NCBI GenBank assembly: GCA_043228905.1
Contig: JBHGNT010000006.1
Coordinates: 20,894,001 to 20,958,000 of the forward strand
Length of the DNA: 64,000 bases
Direction: 5' to 3'
Origin: Azolla caroliniana
Lineage: Eukaryota; Plantae; Polypodiophyta
Shown: positions 9,589 through 21,438 of the stretch, piece by piece
How the letters are laid out: each line of letters starts with the position of its first letter
Position numbering within the stretch: the first letter of the stretch is position 1
Notes under the pieces: model-generated
Told to the model about the DNA's origin: nothing
Database searches by the model: none
The model's input: only the letters and a program-made list of their open reading frames with translations
Translations under genes and position numbers: made by a program

Positions 9589-12500
9589 AAGATTTAGATA
9601 AGCATATATGGCTGCTCTTCTGTCTGCCAAGTCCTGTGCCGCAGCGATGGCGATGCCCCTCCCCCCCTGAAGCAACAGACCACAATCCTGCAGAGAAGAA
9701 GCAGACATCTCTCAGAGGCACCTCTTCCCTTCTCTTGCTTCCCTTCTTTGTTCCTCCTCTCCCCCTCGCAAATGGACCAGGTATGTGTATACATATATAT
9801 ACAAAGACAATTGCTCTCCTCTGCTCTCCGCATATGATGGGCGGGGTTCTTCACCCCTTTTTTATGGGCTTACTGTGGTTCTTTTCTGACGGTTTCTGCT
9901 TTGTTCGGTGTTTTTTTCTCTCTCTCTCGTTTCATGGCTTGCTAACAAGACCTTGCTTTTATGTGTTCTCATGATGGCGTTTCTCTATACTTTCTATGAC
10001 CTACCAGGCTTTTATGTGCCTCCGTCATTGCGTGGGATTTTTCCACGTTTCATTGTTTACTAGGTTTTCTGGTCACGTGTGTCCTTTATTAGGTTTTTTG
10101 TTGTTTTACGCTTTGCCTAGCATTTGATTTTTCCTTATTCATTATGTCTTCCTGATCTGATGTCTATTCCATGTGTAATGCTTTACTAGGTTTTCTGTTA
10201 TTGTCTGCTCTGCAATGTTTTCTTCTTCTTGTTATTTCTCTACATTTTCTATTCTTTACTGGGTTTTCCTGAGGCAGGAAAGCTTAATCTTCATTTGGGT
10301 TTGATGCCTTGATTTGTAAATTCATCTCGATCATTAAGTGGAATAACAAACGAATATCTAGTTTTGGTATATTTGCAAATAGTAAAAGAAATTTATCAGG
10401 ATGCTAGGGAATTTGGTATCAATGCCAACTTTTGAGACATAGAGTCAAAGCTATGCATTTGCGCAAGATTTTGTCTAATTTGAGCAAAGCTGAGTATCAA
10501 GAATAACAATGCAAGAGGATGTTTAACTGCCCAAATGAACCAAATGCACCTGGAAGCACATTGTATAAAATTGTGAGGACAATAATGCAGGATACTCTTT
10601 TAATTCTTTAAATGGATGTACATTGCTCAAAATATTATTTAACTTGAACGAATCTCAGTGCAAAAAGTATCAAGAATAGTAATGCAAGGGAATCATTAAC
10701 AGCTGAAATGAATCAAATGCATCAGGATGTTATCTAATTTGAGCAAATCTGAAGCCCATTGTATAAAATATCAAGAATAACAATATAGGGGACTCCTTAA
10801 TTCTGTTAGCAGTTTGAATTAGAGATGTACATTGGTTCAAGCATTTTTCTGATTTGAACAATTGCACTTCTCTAACTGCTTCATAAAGTTAAAAAGAGCT
10901 GAATAACTCAAGATATTATCTACTTTGAGCAAAACTGAAGTATTGTGTAATAAAATGTTGAGGATAGCAATGCAAAGGAAACCATTTCGATCTTGGACAG
11001 ATGTTTGTTTTGACAAAGCTAACAATAACATGTTTTTTCATATCCACTCATTCTCTGACGGACCCTTCGCATCTTGCAAGATGCATATTTTTTAGTCCAA
11101 ACAGTTCATGTACACTATTTGGAGATCATATCAATTGTTTGATTTCAATTCAGATGGTCTATTAGTGACCTGCTTTGACCCTTTGCATGTTGCAAGGTGC
11201 ATTTATTTGAGTCCAAGAAAATCATTCACATAATTTGAAGACCATCGTAATTCATGTTTGATTTCAACTCAGATAGTGTATATGTGATCTTCCATGTTAG
11301 CAAGAAAGGTCAAAAGCTATAGCTCTGCTCATATCCTTTTCTATTAATCCTGCATCCTCATTTCATATAAATACTCACATACCTTTCTAACCAAATCTGG
11401 GAAACAGCTTCAGAGAGTTGTGTAAATGTGTTAGATGTGACTTTATAAACAGAGGTGCGTCCTTTTCCCATGAATCAGTACTACATCTCAGCTTAGATTT
11501 TATGAACTCTATTTTTCCCAAGCTTCTAATCTAATCCTTCCATTATAGTTTAAAATTGATAATAGTTATCTCTATTGTTTTCCCATCAGCCCTTAGATTC
11601 TTAGATGTTATGCTTTTGTGTCTCCACTCATGACTTTATCTACCAAACTACCTGAAAACGACTGTCTTATTTTGCATGTAAAAGTAAATGCCATGCTATT
11701 AATCAATGGAGTTTAGGATGGAATCAACAAAATGCAGTGGAGTCAACTATTATGCTGAAATTCCAACTTGGCTCACATAAACGTATATGGTTTTGTTTCT
11801 CTCACCATTTGGACACCCATCCCTAAATGGTGATCAAACAATAATGTGTTCATGGCCTATGGAAGAGACTTAATATACCTGTACAAAGACAAATCTAATG
11901 CCCTGGTCTTCAAGCTTGAATGAGAACTCTGGAACATTCAGTAGTCAGAACAACTCAATCAATGTAAAACAACATTATCACAGCTGGTGAAAAATTGACC
12001 ATGGGCAATCGTGCACTACTTTCCATAGCGAACTAGTGGTTGGATTGTAGATAGTAAAGCTACTGGACATGTCCAATCTGTTCAAGATTTTCTTTCTGCT
12101 CTTTCCCACTCATGTTATCAGTATATCGCCCTTGTTGGCGCTAAGCAGATTCCCATTATGTTGGTTAGATACATTCCAGTATTTCTTCATCTAAGAATAT
12201 CAATTAACAATCCATCAAAGCGCTTCTAATGCCTTGTCTCTTCTTCAATCTGTTGTCAATTTATGTTGTAGACAGCTGATTGCTTGCAGCAAGCTGCCAA
12301 AAATCTTGTAGAAGAGGGATTCCTAACTAATCCAACTTTACTATCCAGTATTTGCCACTTTGGGAAAAAATACTAGTTTCTGTTTCTTAATGCTACCACT
12401 TCATGTGTATTTAATCCTCGTGCTCTAATTCATGCATTTCTCTGCAGACCAATGTCCACAGCATATTTGGAGGAGCCTGTATCAATATTTTGCGTGTAAA

Positions 12501-14076
12501 TGACGTTAGCAAAGTAGAATTTTAGTAGGTTACTGGGGTAACGAGCATAGTGAAGAAGGTATAAGTTAAATATTTTGCTATATCAAGAAACATTTTGGAG
12601 CAAGTTTTTTCCAAATCAAGAATCTTTCTTTGGCTAGTCAACAGTGTACATGGTACATTGTTGAGAATGCAGCTAGTCTTCATTGTCATTCAGATCTATT
12701 AGTCGGATCCATTCAGCTTGTCAGGAATGGGGAAGGTAGTGAAACTAAATGAAAAGTTTGTTGCAGCCATTCAGTTTGTTTCTTCGAAGGTGAAACAAGC
12801 TCCAAAAAACCTAGAATATAGTAAAAGGAATTGTTCTGCTCTAATGTATTATAGTCCTGAAGTGGATGGAGAATCTTTGTAATTTCGTAAGTCCTAAATC
12901 ATAAAATCTAACATATGCAACCACGGAAAAGGTATTAATGAAATAAGGAAAGTATGAAACACTTGTGAAAGAAATGCATTTGAACTAAGTGAAGAAGATA
13001 TATCAGAAAGAAAGAAAGAAAGATATATTAACGTCTTTTTAGAGGCCAAAATGGCCAAACAGGAGATTACATCTTAAGTGTTGTCTCTTCTTTGAGAACA
13101 ACAAATCAAAATAAAAGAAATATTGCTCAGTAAATATAAAATTAAATAAGATAAAAAGAGACGAGGGGGTCTGGTTTTCGGCACATGTGAGATTCTCAAG
13201 TTAGAAATTTTATAACTTTTGTCTTTGAAAGATCTCTAACATAGGTCGATCCAGAATGGAAAGGTCTTTGAAGAAGTGAGGGAAGCACCTGCGATGATGG
13301 GAGATAATGGCCTTTATCTATCAATGACAAGGATGCTGAGGTTGTGGTCCATGGGGCTGGGGCCTACGTGCATGACAAATTGCGATTGCCTGATCTATTG
13401 TAACCGCTTTGTTATGTCCTAGTCGGGAGCCCATTTGTGTATCCCTTAATTGACTTTAGCATTACTAGGAGTGATGGGGCTAAAGAAAGTTGTGATTGTT
13501 CTTTGTGGATGAGCTTGTGTGATTGGGAAAATGGAGTAAGAGCTACAATACTTGTAAGCTTCAGACATGAGTGATAGAAATGAGAACTGAGGGGCCATAC
13601 TGAAGGGATCTATGCTTTCAATTGATGTGTCTTTACAGTCATGTACGACCTATAGAAAAGAATAATAAGACCCTACAAAGCAGCAACACAAGTGGACAAT
13701 GAAAAATGTGTCACGATCATAGGAAAAATGGGCTTTGGGCATGTTTTTTTTAATGTTATGTACAAAGCACTTGCATGGGAAATGTTCATCCCTAATTTTG
13801 AAATCCGTCTTGGTATTTTTGCTTGTATGATGGTATATTTTCAATTGCTTGCTATTTTCTTGCTCATTATGTTGTCTTATTCACACTGTTCATATCTAGG
13901 CATCTAGGGAATTAAATAATCTAAGTGACAAGTAAAATTCTAACATCATTTCAGGTGTGGGGTAATTTGCTGTTAGATCTTTGATTTTTTTGCATTTTTC
14001 TTATCTTGGTGCTGCTGGATTAGTTTTCTTGCAGACTGAACACATTTTGGTATTATCCTAGGTTATTTGTGCTGCA

Positions 14077-15571
14077 ATGTCTTCTCATCCATCAGCTTTT
14101 CGACAAGCTGAGAAGGTACCTTTCAGTTTAAGAAGTGCATGCTTTAGTGCCAAACCAGCCAAGCAACTTCGATACAGAAGCTTCCAACGTCTATGGTTAG
14201 TAGTGTTGAATGTTCCTATAAAGGAATCCTAATTTAAGCCAAGCATATATTTGGAAAATGATCTCTTCTTCTACACCATACTGTACATGGAGCAGATAAG
14301 ATTTAAACTCCTGTAAGGAGTGTTCTTCTGTCTCCAGCATTCCATATTAAGTTTTTTCTAGTTTAACAATTTGAATTACAGCATTTTATAGTTTACCAAT
14401 TTAGAAAATTTTGCCATGTATGTACATATTCTGCAGTTATATGAATGCTTAGAATTTTATCACTGTACTAGATAAATATAAGCAAATTATATGGTTCAGC
14501 CCTTTGTTTACATCACTTGTTAAATTCGATGCGGTAGGGCTTTGTCTTCGTTCTATATGAAGCACACATACCTATGTAAGCATCTTTATGTATCAGAATG
14601 CATTTTACTGATTTACTGGTCTGGCCACAGCTGCAATGGACTACCAAATTATCTGAGAACATCTTGCAAATATCCACATTATCTCATCCATGCTTTGCCA
14701 CTTCAAGCAGTCACAATGGACAATGATTCTGAAGGTGGCACATCACAAGGACCAACTCCATCAGTAGAGTATGCTGGCGTTTTTCAATCAGATCAAGGTT
14801 CCCAACAATCACCGCTATGTAGTGTTCAAGTTTGGTATACTAACACAAGGAAAAAAGGTGTTTCTGAAAGCATCAAGCATGTACTAGAGACTTTGAAAAT
14901 TGAGCTGCAATCCTTAGACAAAGGGACGCGCCTTGAACAACTGAAAAGAAGCAAATTGGCATCATCTATATTATGTTGGTGGGCTGGAGCTCAACCTTGG
15001 ATTAAGTTACCCATTACAATTTTGTAAGTCTTCTATTTTCACTAATGTAATGATGTTATAAAAATTAGTTATGTATTTCATGTTTAAGAGCAGATTTGAT
15101 TGCAACTTACTGTGTTTTCTTGACACTTTCAGTGTTCCATGGTTCCTTATTGTCAGTATTATTTATGGAACATCTGTATCAATGGATTTAATACCACTAT
15201 GGATCATTGGCCCTGTTATTGCTGGCTTGTCAATAAAGGCAGGCATCCAAATTTCTGCATTATTTGGAAGAAAGTTAACTGACATGAAGATGAAAGAACA
15301 TATGATTAATTTGATAGAAGGTGTGAAGTCAGGTGAATTGTCTCAACTCTGCATTCAAGGTCCTCGTTCAAAATATGAAGAAGTGAAGATACTAGTTCTT
15401 AATAAGAAGTCAGATTTGGCATTATTAGTTCAAAGTGGAGAGATCGTTACAGTGTTGAGGCAGTCTTACAGTAAAAAACTCCAGAACCTTGGGGAAACTT
15501 GGAATGACAAATATCAGGATGCTAGATTGGTCTATCTGTATGTTGAGCGAAAGCTGAAAAACATGATATAG
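14077..15571 (+). CDS. Probable plastid-targeted membrane protein resembling the EMB2759 family; exons 14077-14195, 14631-15023, 15133-15571
   Basis: Phase-consistent GT-AG introns; Ser/Arg-rich N-terminus; hydrophobic segment PWIKLPITIFVPWFLIVSIIYG..LIPLWIIGP. Family assignment is recalled from memory, not searched. Confidence 0.7.
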
Positions 15572-18524
15572 TTTTTTGTATAATTTACAATGTATGAGTG
15601 GATGATCGAGGGTCTCCACGAACATTCTCTGCTCTTGCTACATGAATAGGAAGCAGGGGATCAAAAGCTGTTTATGTTGCTTTTCTATATGACCGTACAA
15701 ACAATGTGGCATTCTTTACGGAATTCTGAGAATGATGATGTCTATGCCAGTATTGGAATCAGGAGGTGAGCAGCAAGAAACGTGTGCTTCAGTGGGTATC
15801 TAACTTGCAAAGTGGCTGTGAAATTCATAAGAAAAGAAGAAGCCGATGCAGTACTCAACCTATCAACAAGCCACAAGTGTGATCAGTTTTGTAATGCTCT
15901 TCTAGCTACAGTTACCTTTTTTGTGTACTTAAGGTCCCCGGCAGAACTTTAATAGTGTGACTTTCTAAGATCTTTTTAGTTAAGCACTCGTTATCTGAGA
16001 TTGAGTGATTTCCATTCATGATTGTACTCTTCAAAATAGCGAGGAAATTTATAGGCTTATATCTTGTAAGCTTATATCTCTCCAAATAACTCAAGTTTCT
16101 AGCCTATTGTTCTCTGATTATACATAATGACAAGCAACTCCATTTGACCACTTGGATTTACTTTTACTTCTTTTTTACGCTTTTGGATTTATTTCATAGG
16201 TTTTACAGTTTGCAATCTTTTACACATCAGCTCTTTTGAAACCAATTTGCTACTTATCAGTAATGTTTTGCATACGTTCATTTGATTTAAATAGCTTGAA
16301 AGTAGCCTAGTGTTGATCAAGCTGGACGTTCTGATAATAGTAAGTGATTCTCTATCACTAAGTGTCAAGGTCTTTTTTATAGGGAGGGATGTATAGTTAT
16401 ATTTTAATGTGTCCATATGGAAGATTATCTTTTTACAAACGGTTGAGATGTTTGTAATTAGCTAATGTTAAGATCTTTGAACACTTTTGGGTTAAGGAAT
16501 AGACCTTTGCGATTTCTATATGTTCATTGTTCATTGCTTGTATTATCTAGGTTACAGGATTTCATGTCATCCATCATGCAATCATCATATTAGTAAATTA
16601 AATTCCACCCCACCTAGATGTGATGTATTTAGCTCCCCTTGATGTTATGATCCATGATAAGGTATGTAGTTGATTTCTTTGACTTCTATGCTCATATTGT
16701 GATGTATAAGAAAATATATCACAATCAAAGGTAGTTTTGGTTTATGGCCATATGATTGAAATTTGAACCACGTAACATCATTTTGGAAAGTCTGTGTCTA
16801 ACGATCTTAAATGAACCTTAATTACATTCTTCATGTGTGAGCAAAATTGCAATTACTCTAGAACTATCCCATAGTATAGTTTGCCAATATTCGCACTTGC
16901 TTGATCCATGAAATATAATCCATTTAACTACACATTTGAAATTATAAGAAAATGGCTATATTGTCATGTGTTGAAAGACACAAACAGGAAACATGGCTCT
17001 TGTTCAACACATTTAAAGCATATCAATACAAAGATGATTTGAACTAAAAATAACTTGTCAATTGTCACACATCTTTAGTGACACAACTAAAAATCAATGT
17101 ACATTCCAAGTTTCTTATCTAATTTGCAAGTATTCATGGAAATGTATTCACGTTTGAAAATATAGCATTAAATCTATATTATCATTACAAATAAAGAGAA
17201 GAACATACACACACACACATTATAAGATCCCATTTCATTATATGATGAGGAGTTGACATGAGTGTTCTTCGTCATGCAACCAATGTCGATGGAGGGGAGG
17301 AGTAAGAGGCAAGTACTCACAATGTTCAGTGTTTGAGTTTCTTCAAGCAAGCTCTACAAATGCTACGTATTTGGAGGTACTTCTATTGTTGGTGTACGTG
17401 AGATGTTTGTTGTCATATAATATTTCAACATTATGAACCTCTTTTGTGAGAAAGGATCAACGTGCTAAGGTAGGCACTTTGGGTTTGTGGCGTTGTCAAC
17501 ATTGGTTGCTTGGTAGTGTTCAAATTATGAGTTTCTATTGCAAGTGAAGCCCTACCTACATAACTATGTGTGTTTGGACAAGGGTTGCTAGACCTTGGCT
17601 CTCAATGTTCAACATAATAATATTCTTAGGGAAAGCTAGTTAGATTGGTGTTGTTGTAGGCCTAACCTTAAGCACTAGTTCTAAAAGCTACTTTTAATGA
17701 GGGAAGGATAGTTGGGTAACCAACTATCTACTGGGACTTAACGACAAACCCATAAGGAACTATGACACATGGGAACACATACCGGTCTAGGAGCCTTAGA
17801 TGTTGGGTTATATAGATGGGATTAACCACCCCCTTCATTATGGCATCTAGAGATGTTGTCGAGAGACTCTATTGCCATAACATGCAGTAATATTCATTGG
17901 TATGGGACACCGATGGTAATTTATGTTCGGTCTCTCTTGTCCTTCTGCTTGAGGAGGGGGTTAGTGTGGTTATGTAGCAACATCGTTGAAAAACTACACG
18001 TTTCGGAATCTAAAGATTCATTGCCTATAAGTTGTGATTCGGCATTCGTAATCGGGTATGTATGGTGGTGGGAATTGACGACTTCTCTGTACAGCTGGGG
18101 ACATTAGGATAGGAGGCTTTTCGGGATGTATGATGGGTTTGGTTCCACATAGCCGAAACCGAGAGGTACGAGGTGTCCTAATGTGGTGCGAACAATCCTG
18201 CAATACCCTGGTTCCTTAGGGTATATAGACACACAGTATGAGGAGCGCAATTGAGCCTGGGGTAGCGTAGCAATAGCCCACAAGAACTCATCATATGTAT
18301 ATGTACATATTGCGAACCCGATGAGTGAAACCCAGGTGCCCAATGGTGCCCAAACAAAGAACACAAAATTTGACACATACATATTCAAGTCTCTTGGGCC
18401 CTTTGTAAGTTTTGTTTGCTTATTATTATGCATACATACAAAGCCAACCCAAAGAAAAGCTCTGTTTTTTGTTCTCCCCTGTTTCTTCTTCTTCTTCTTC
18501 ATCATCATCAACCCAACCTTGGAC

Positions 18525-20294
18525 ATGGAGGAGGATCTTCATCTCTATGGCCGCCTCCTTCCTTCTGCCTACAGCAATCACCATAACCCTAGCTATGGTA
18601 GTAGCTATCCCGGCTATCACCGGCTTCCCTCTGCTTCTTTTGATTCTAGCAGTAACCATAGCTTTTGTGGCTATGCTGGCTATGGCCGTGTAGACTCTTC
18701 GTTACCTCCTCTCTCTGCATATGGTAACAACTACAATCATTCTCGCATTCTTCATAATGCTGCTGATTTTGGGTCGTCTTATGTAAGCTCCTTTGCAGAT
18801 ACTAGTCACAATCATTTTGGTTCATTTGGGCCTTCAAGAAATCACTCTGCAGAGCCTCTTCATGGATCTTTTGCCACGCAAGCTCGAACCTATCTTCCTT
18901 ATAGCAGTAGTTTTATGCACCATGGATCGATACAGGTAGACAATTATGTGGGAGAAAGAACCTCTGTTTACATGGATTATGATGCAAGAATATTAAACTC
19001 CGGTTCAATGTTGTCTTTTACTCCATTGACGGCTCAGATTCACCCTCCAATGTCTCCTCCCACCCCTCAGATTCATTCTCCGGTGACTCATCTCACATCT
19101 CGGTTTCTTCCTCCAATATCTCATTCAATGGCTGGGGTTCTTTCACCCATGACTCATCTGACATCTCAGGTACATATTCCAAATGCCCATCCAACACCTA
19201 AGGTTGTCCAACAAGCGCCTCTAGGGTTCATGCCAATGCATGGAGGAGCTGATGCGAACTCTCGTTCGACATCTTCATTATCACATTTCTCGCCGGGTTT
19301 TCATGCAATTCACCAATCTATGAATCACGAGAATCATCTGAAAAGAAAAGCTTTTAATGGTGCAAAGCTTGAGAAGAGGAAGAAAAAACCTGCTAATCTT
19401 GAGGCATTGATAGAGGAGACTCGAGACTTGCATTCTTTGTTCAGAGCAGGTCTCACCCAGGAACAACATGCAGATGATGGCTCAAAAGGTATTCTTTGTA
19501 AAGACTATAGTAATGATGATGTATGGAATGGAGAGGTCCATGTAAAGCATCGTACCAATGATTGGCATGATTATTTTGCTCACAATGAAAATGCCATTGA
19601 AAAAGAAAACAAGAGATCTCAAAAGAATGATGCTTTTCAGAAGGATTGTGAATGGATAGAAGCTTGCAAGACCCACTTTGAGATGAAAAATGAAGTGGAA
19701 AAAATGTCTTTGGGAGCTCCTGGCACTTCCTCAGGGGACTCTGTTTTGGCTGGTGAAGAAAAGCCTTTGAAAGAAAAAGAAAAAGATGCTGCCAAAGCTT
19801 CAGAAGTGAAGAAATGCCTTCAAACAATTGCACGAGAAAAGCTTTCTGAATTTATGAGCAATTCAAGTGATGATGATTGTGATGATGATGATGATGAAAC
19901 AGAGGATGGATTCTATTCTGATTTTGAAAATGAGGAGGCATGTTTATCTTCGTCTCAATCAGTTAAGGGAAAGGAAGAGCGGTCTTATGATTTCTTCTTG
20001 AAGCTCTTTGAAGAGAATCACGAGCTCACAAAGTTGTATGAGGAGCAATGCAATGTGGGAAAATTTGAGTGTTTGGTCTGCTCCACTATTAAAGGTAAAG
20101 CTGTAAAAATGTTCACTGGCCTAACCAGTGTTGTACTGCATGCAAGCAAAATCCAGAAGACCAAGAGAAGGCAAGAGCATCGAGGTTTCGGTCGAGCTAT
20201 ATGTACCATTTTGGGTTGGAATCTTGAAAGGTTACCATCAAGTTCAGAGAGTAAAACCTTATGCCCTAGAGGCTGTCTTCCACAAGATGAGTGA
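18525..20294 (+). CDS. Uncharacterised plant protein with a low-complexity S/H/Y/P N-terminus, acidic tract and C-terminal zinc-binding domain (resembles the At1g78810-type family)
   Basis: 589-codon ORF from MEEDLH; motif FECLVC..KMFTG..VLH..EHRGFGRAICTILGW. Confidence 0.75.
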   Translation: MEEDLHLYGRLLPSAYSNHHNPSYGSSYPGYHRLPSASFDSSSNHSFCGYAGYGRVDSSLPPLSAYGNNYNHSRILHNAADFGSSYVSSFADTSHNHFGSFGPSRNHSAEPLHGSFATQARTYLPYSSSFMHHGSIQVDNYVGERTSVYMDYDARILNSGSMLSFTPLTAQIHPPMSPPTPQIHSPVTHLTSRFLPPISHSMAGVLSPMTHLTSQVHIPNAHPTPKVVQQAPLGFMPMHGGADANSRSTSSLSHFSPGFHAIHQSMNHENHLKRKAFNGAKLEKRKKKPANLEALIEETRDLHSLFRAGLTQEQHADDGSKGILCKDYSNDDVWNGEVHVKHRTNDWHDYFAHNENAIEKENKRSQKNDAFQKDCEWIEACKTHFEMKNEVEKMSLGAPGTSSGDSVLAGEEKPLKEKEKDAAKASEVKKCLQTIAREKLSEFMSNSSDDDCDDDDDETEDGFYSDFENEEACLSSSQSVKGKEERSYDFFLKLFEENHELTKLYEEQCNVGKFECLVCSTIKGKAVKMFTGLTSVVLHASKIQKTKRRQEHRGFGRAICTILGWNLERLPSSSESKTLCPRGCLPQDE

Positions 20295-21438
20295 GGAGGT
20301 TAGTAACTCTGCACATAGAGAGAGGGAGAGAGGGAGAGAGGGAGACTAGATAATTTTTGGGCATGTACAAAGCAAGTGATATTCCTTCCCTACTAGCCCT
20401 TCCTCACATGCCTTCATATTTGACAGATTTTTATTCCATAGTGCAACTTCAATCAAGTGCGAAGGAGTGTGAGGACTCTATAAGAGTTAATACTCATATT
20501 AGTAATGAGATAAGGTCAAGTACGATCAATAGGCCATGTTGCGTTATATTTAATCCAACATTCAGGGTTGATGTTTGCAATTTAATATTATAATTTTGTC
20601 CTTTTATCATCTTCCCACTTCTTCCTTGGTGATTCCATTAACTTTTCTTTAATATCTACATACCTCATAGCATCGCCTGAAACCAATTAGAGATATTCCA
20701 AACCCCATCTTTTGAACCATTTTTTGATGTCAACCACCCAACCAGATTTAAGAATTTTTCTCTTTTGATTCTTTTGTAGTTTACATCCAATATTTTAAGC
20801 ATGATTTGGCATATTCTTGACTTTTGTAATGTTTTTGTATACTCTCTATAGTGCCAATATATATATATATATATATATGAAGTGTATACACTCAAGCATC
20901 TGGAGCAAAGTAAATTGCCTGGTCATTCAATATCCCCCTACAAAGGGCTGGTTGTGCTTTCTCTGAGGTTTCTTGGCATTGCCTTCTGAGTCCAACAGTA
21001 CATGTTATGCTTCTCATACTCTGGCTTTGTATGTTGTTGTTGACCCATCCTCGAGTCGGGAATTAAACCCCTAAACCTACCCATCTCTATGTTCATCGGA
21101 TGTGATGAGGTGCAGAGCTGTCCAATGGTCATCTTAATGCATGAGACAGAACATCAGGGCATAGAATGAATCCATCCTGAGTGATATGAAGAAAATTGTC
21201 TTGACAGAAGTCCATCTTTATATCTAACTCCTGATGAGGTTCCATCCATGTCCTAGTCTCTACCTTATTGAGGTTCTGGTTGATGGCCTTACTAATCTTT
21301 GGGTGAGTGACTTTGATAAATTATGCACCCAAGGAGTAGAGGCATGGTAGTCTATCTATTCTCAAATGATGATGCCATTTGGGATACCAACATCAACAAT
21401 CCCCTCACTCACCAATTGTCTAGGGGACTTCGAAAACC

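Noticed and set aside
10480-10990. Three degenerate repeats (TCTAATTTGAGCAAA.CTGA) in the putative 5' intron
   Set aside because: Old local duplications with no coding or structural signal that I can support.
13200-13650. Possible LINE remnant
   Set aside because: No diagnostic motif could be read with confidence.
17801-18282. Possible solo LTR (TGTTGGG...CCCACA)
   Set aside because: The terminal inverted match is weak and there is no TSD.
18321-18524. N-terminal extension of the 657-aa ORF (poly-Phe)
   Set aside because: Looks like a (CTT)n 5' UTR; ATG 18525 is the more plausible start.
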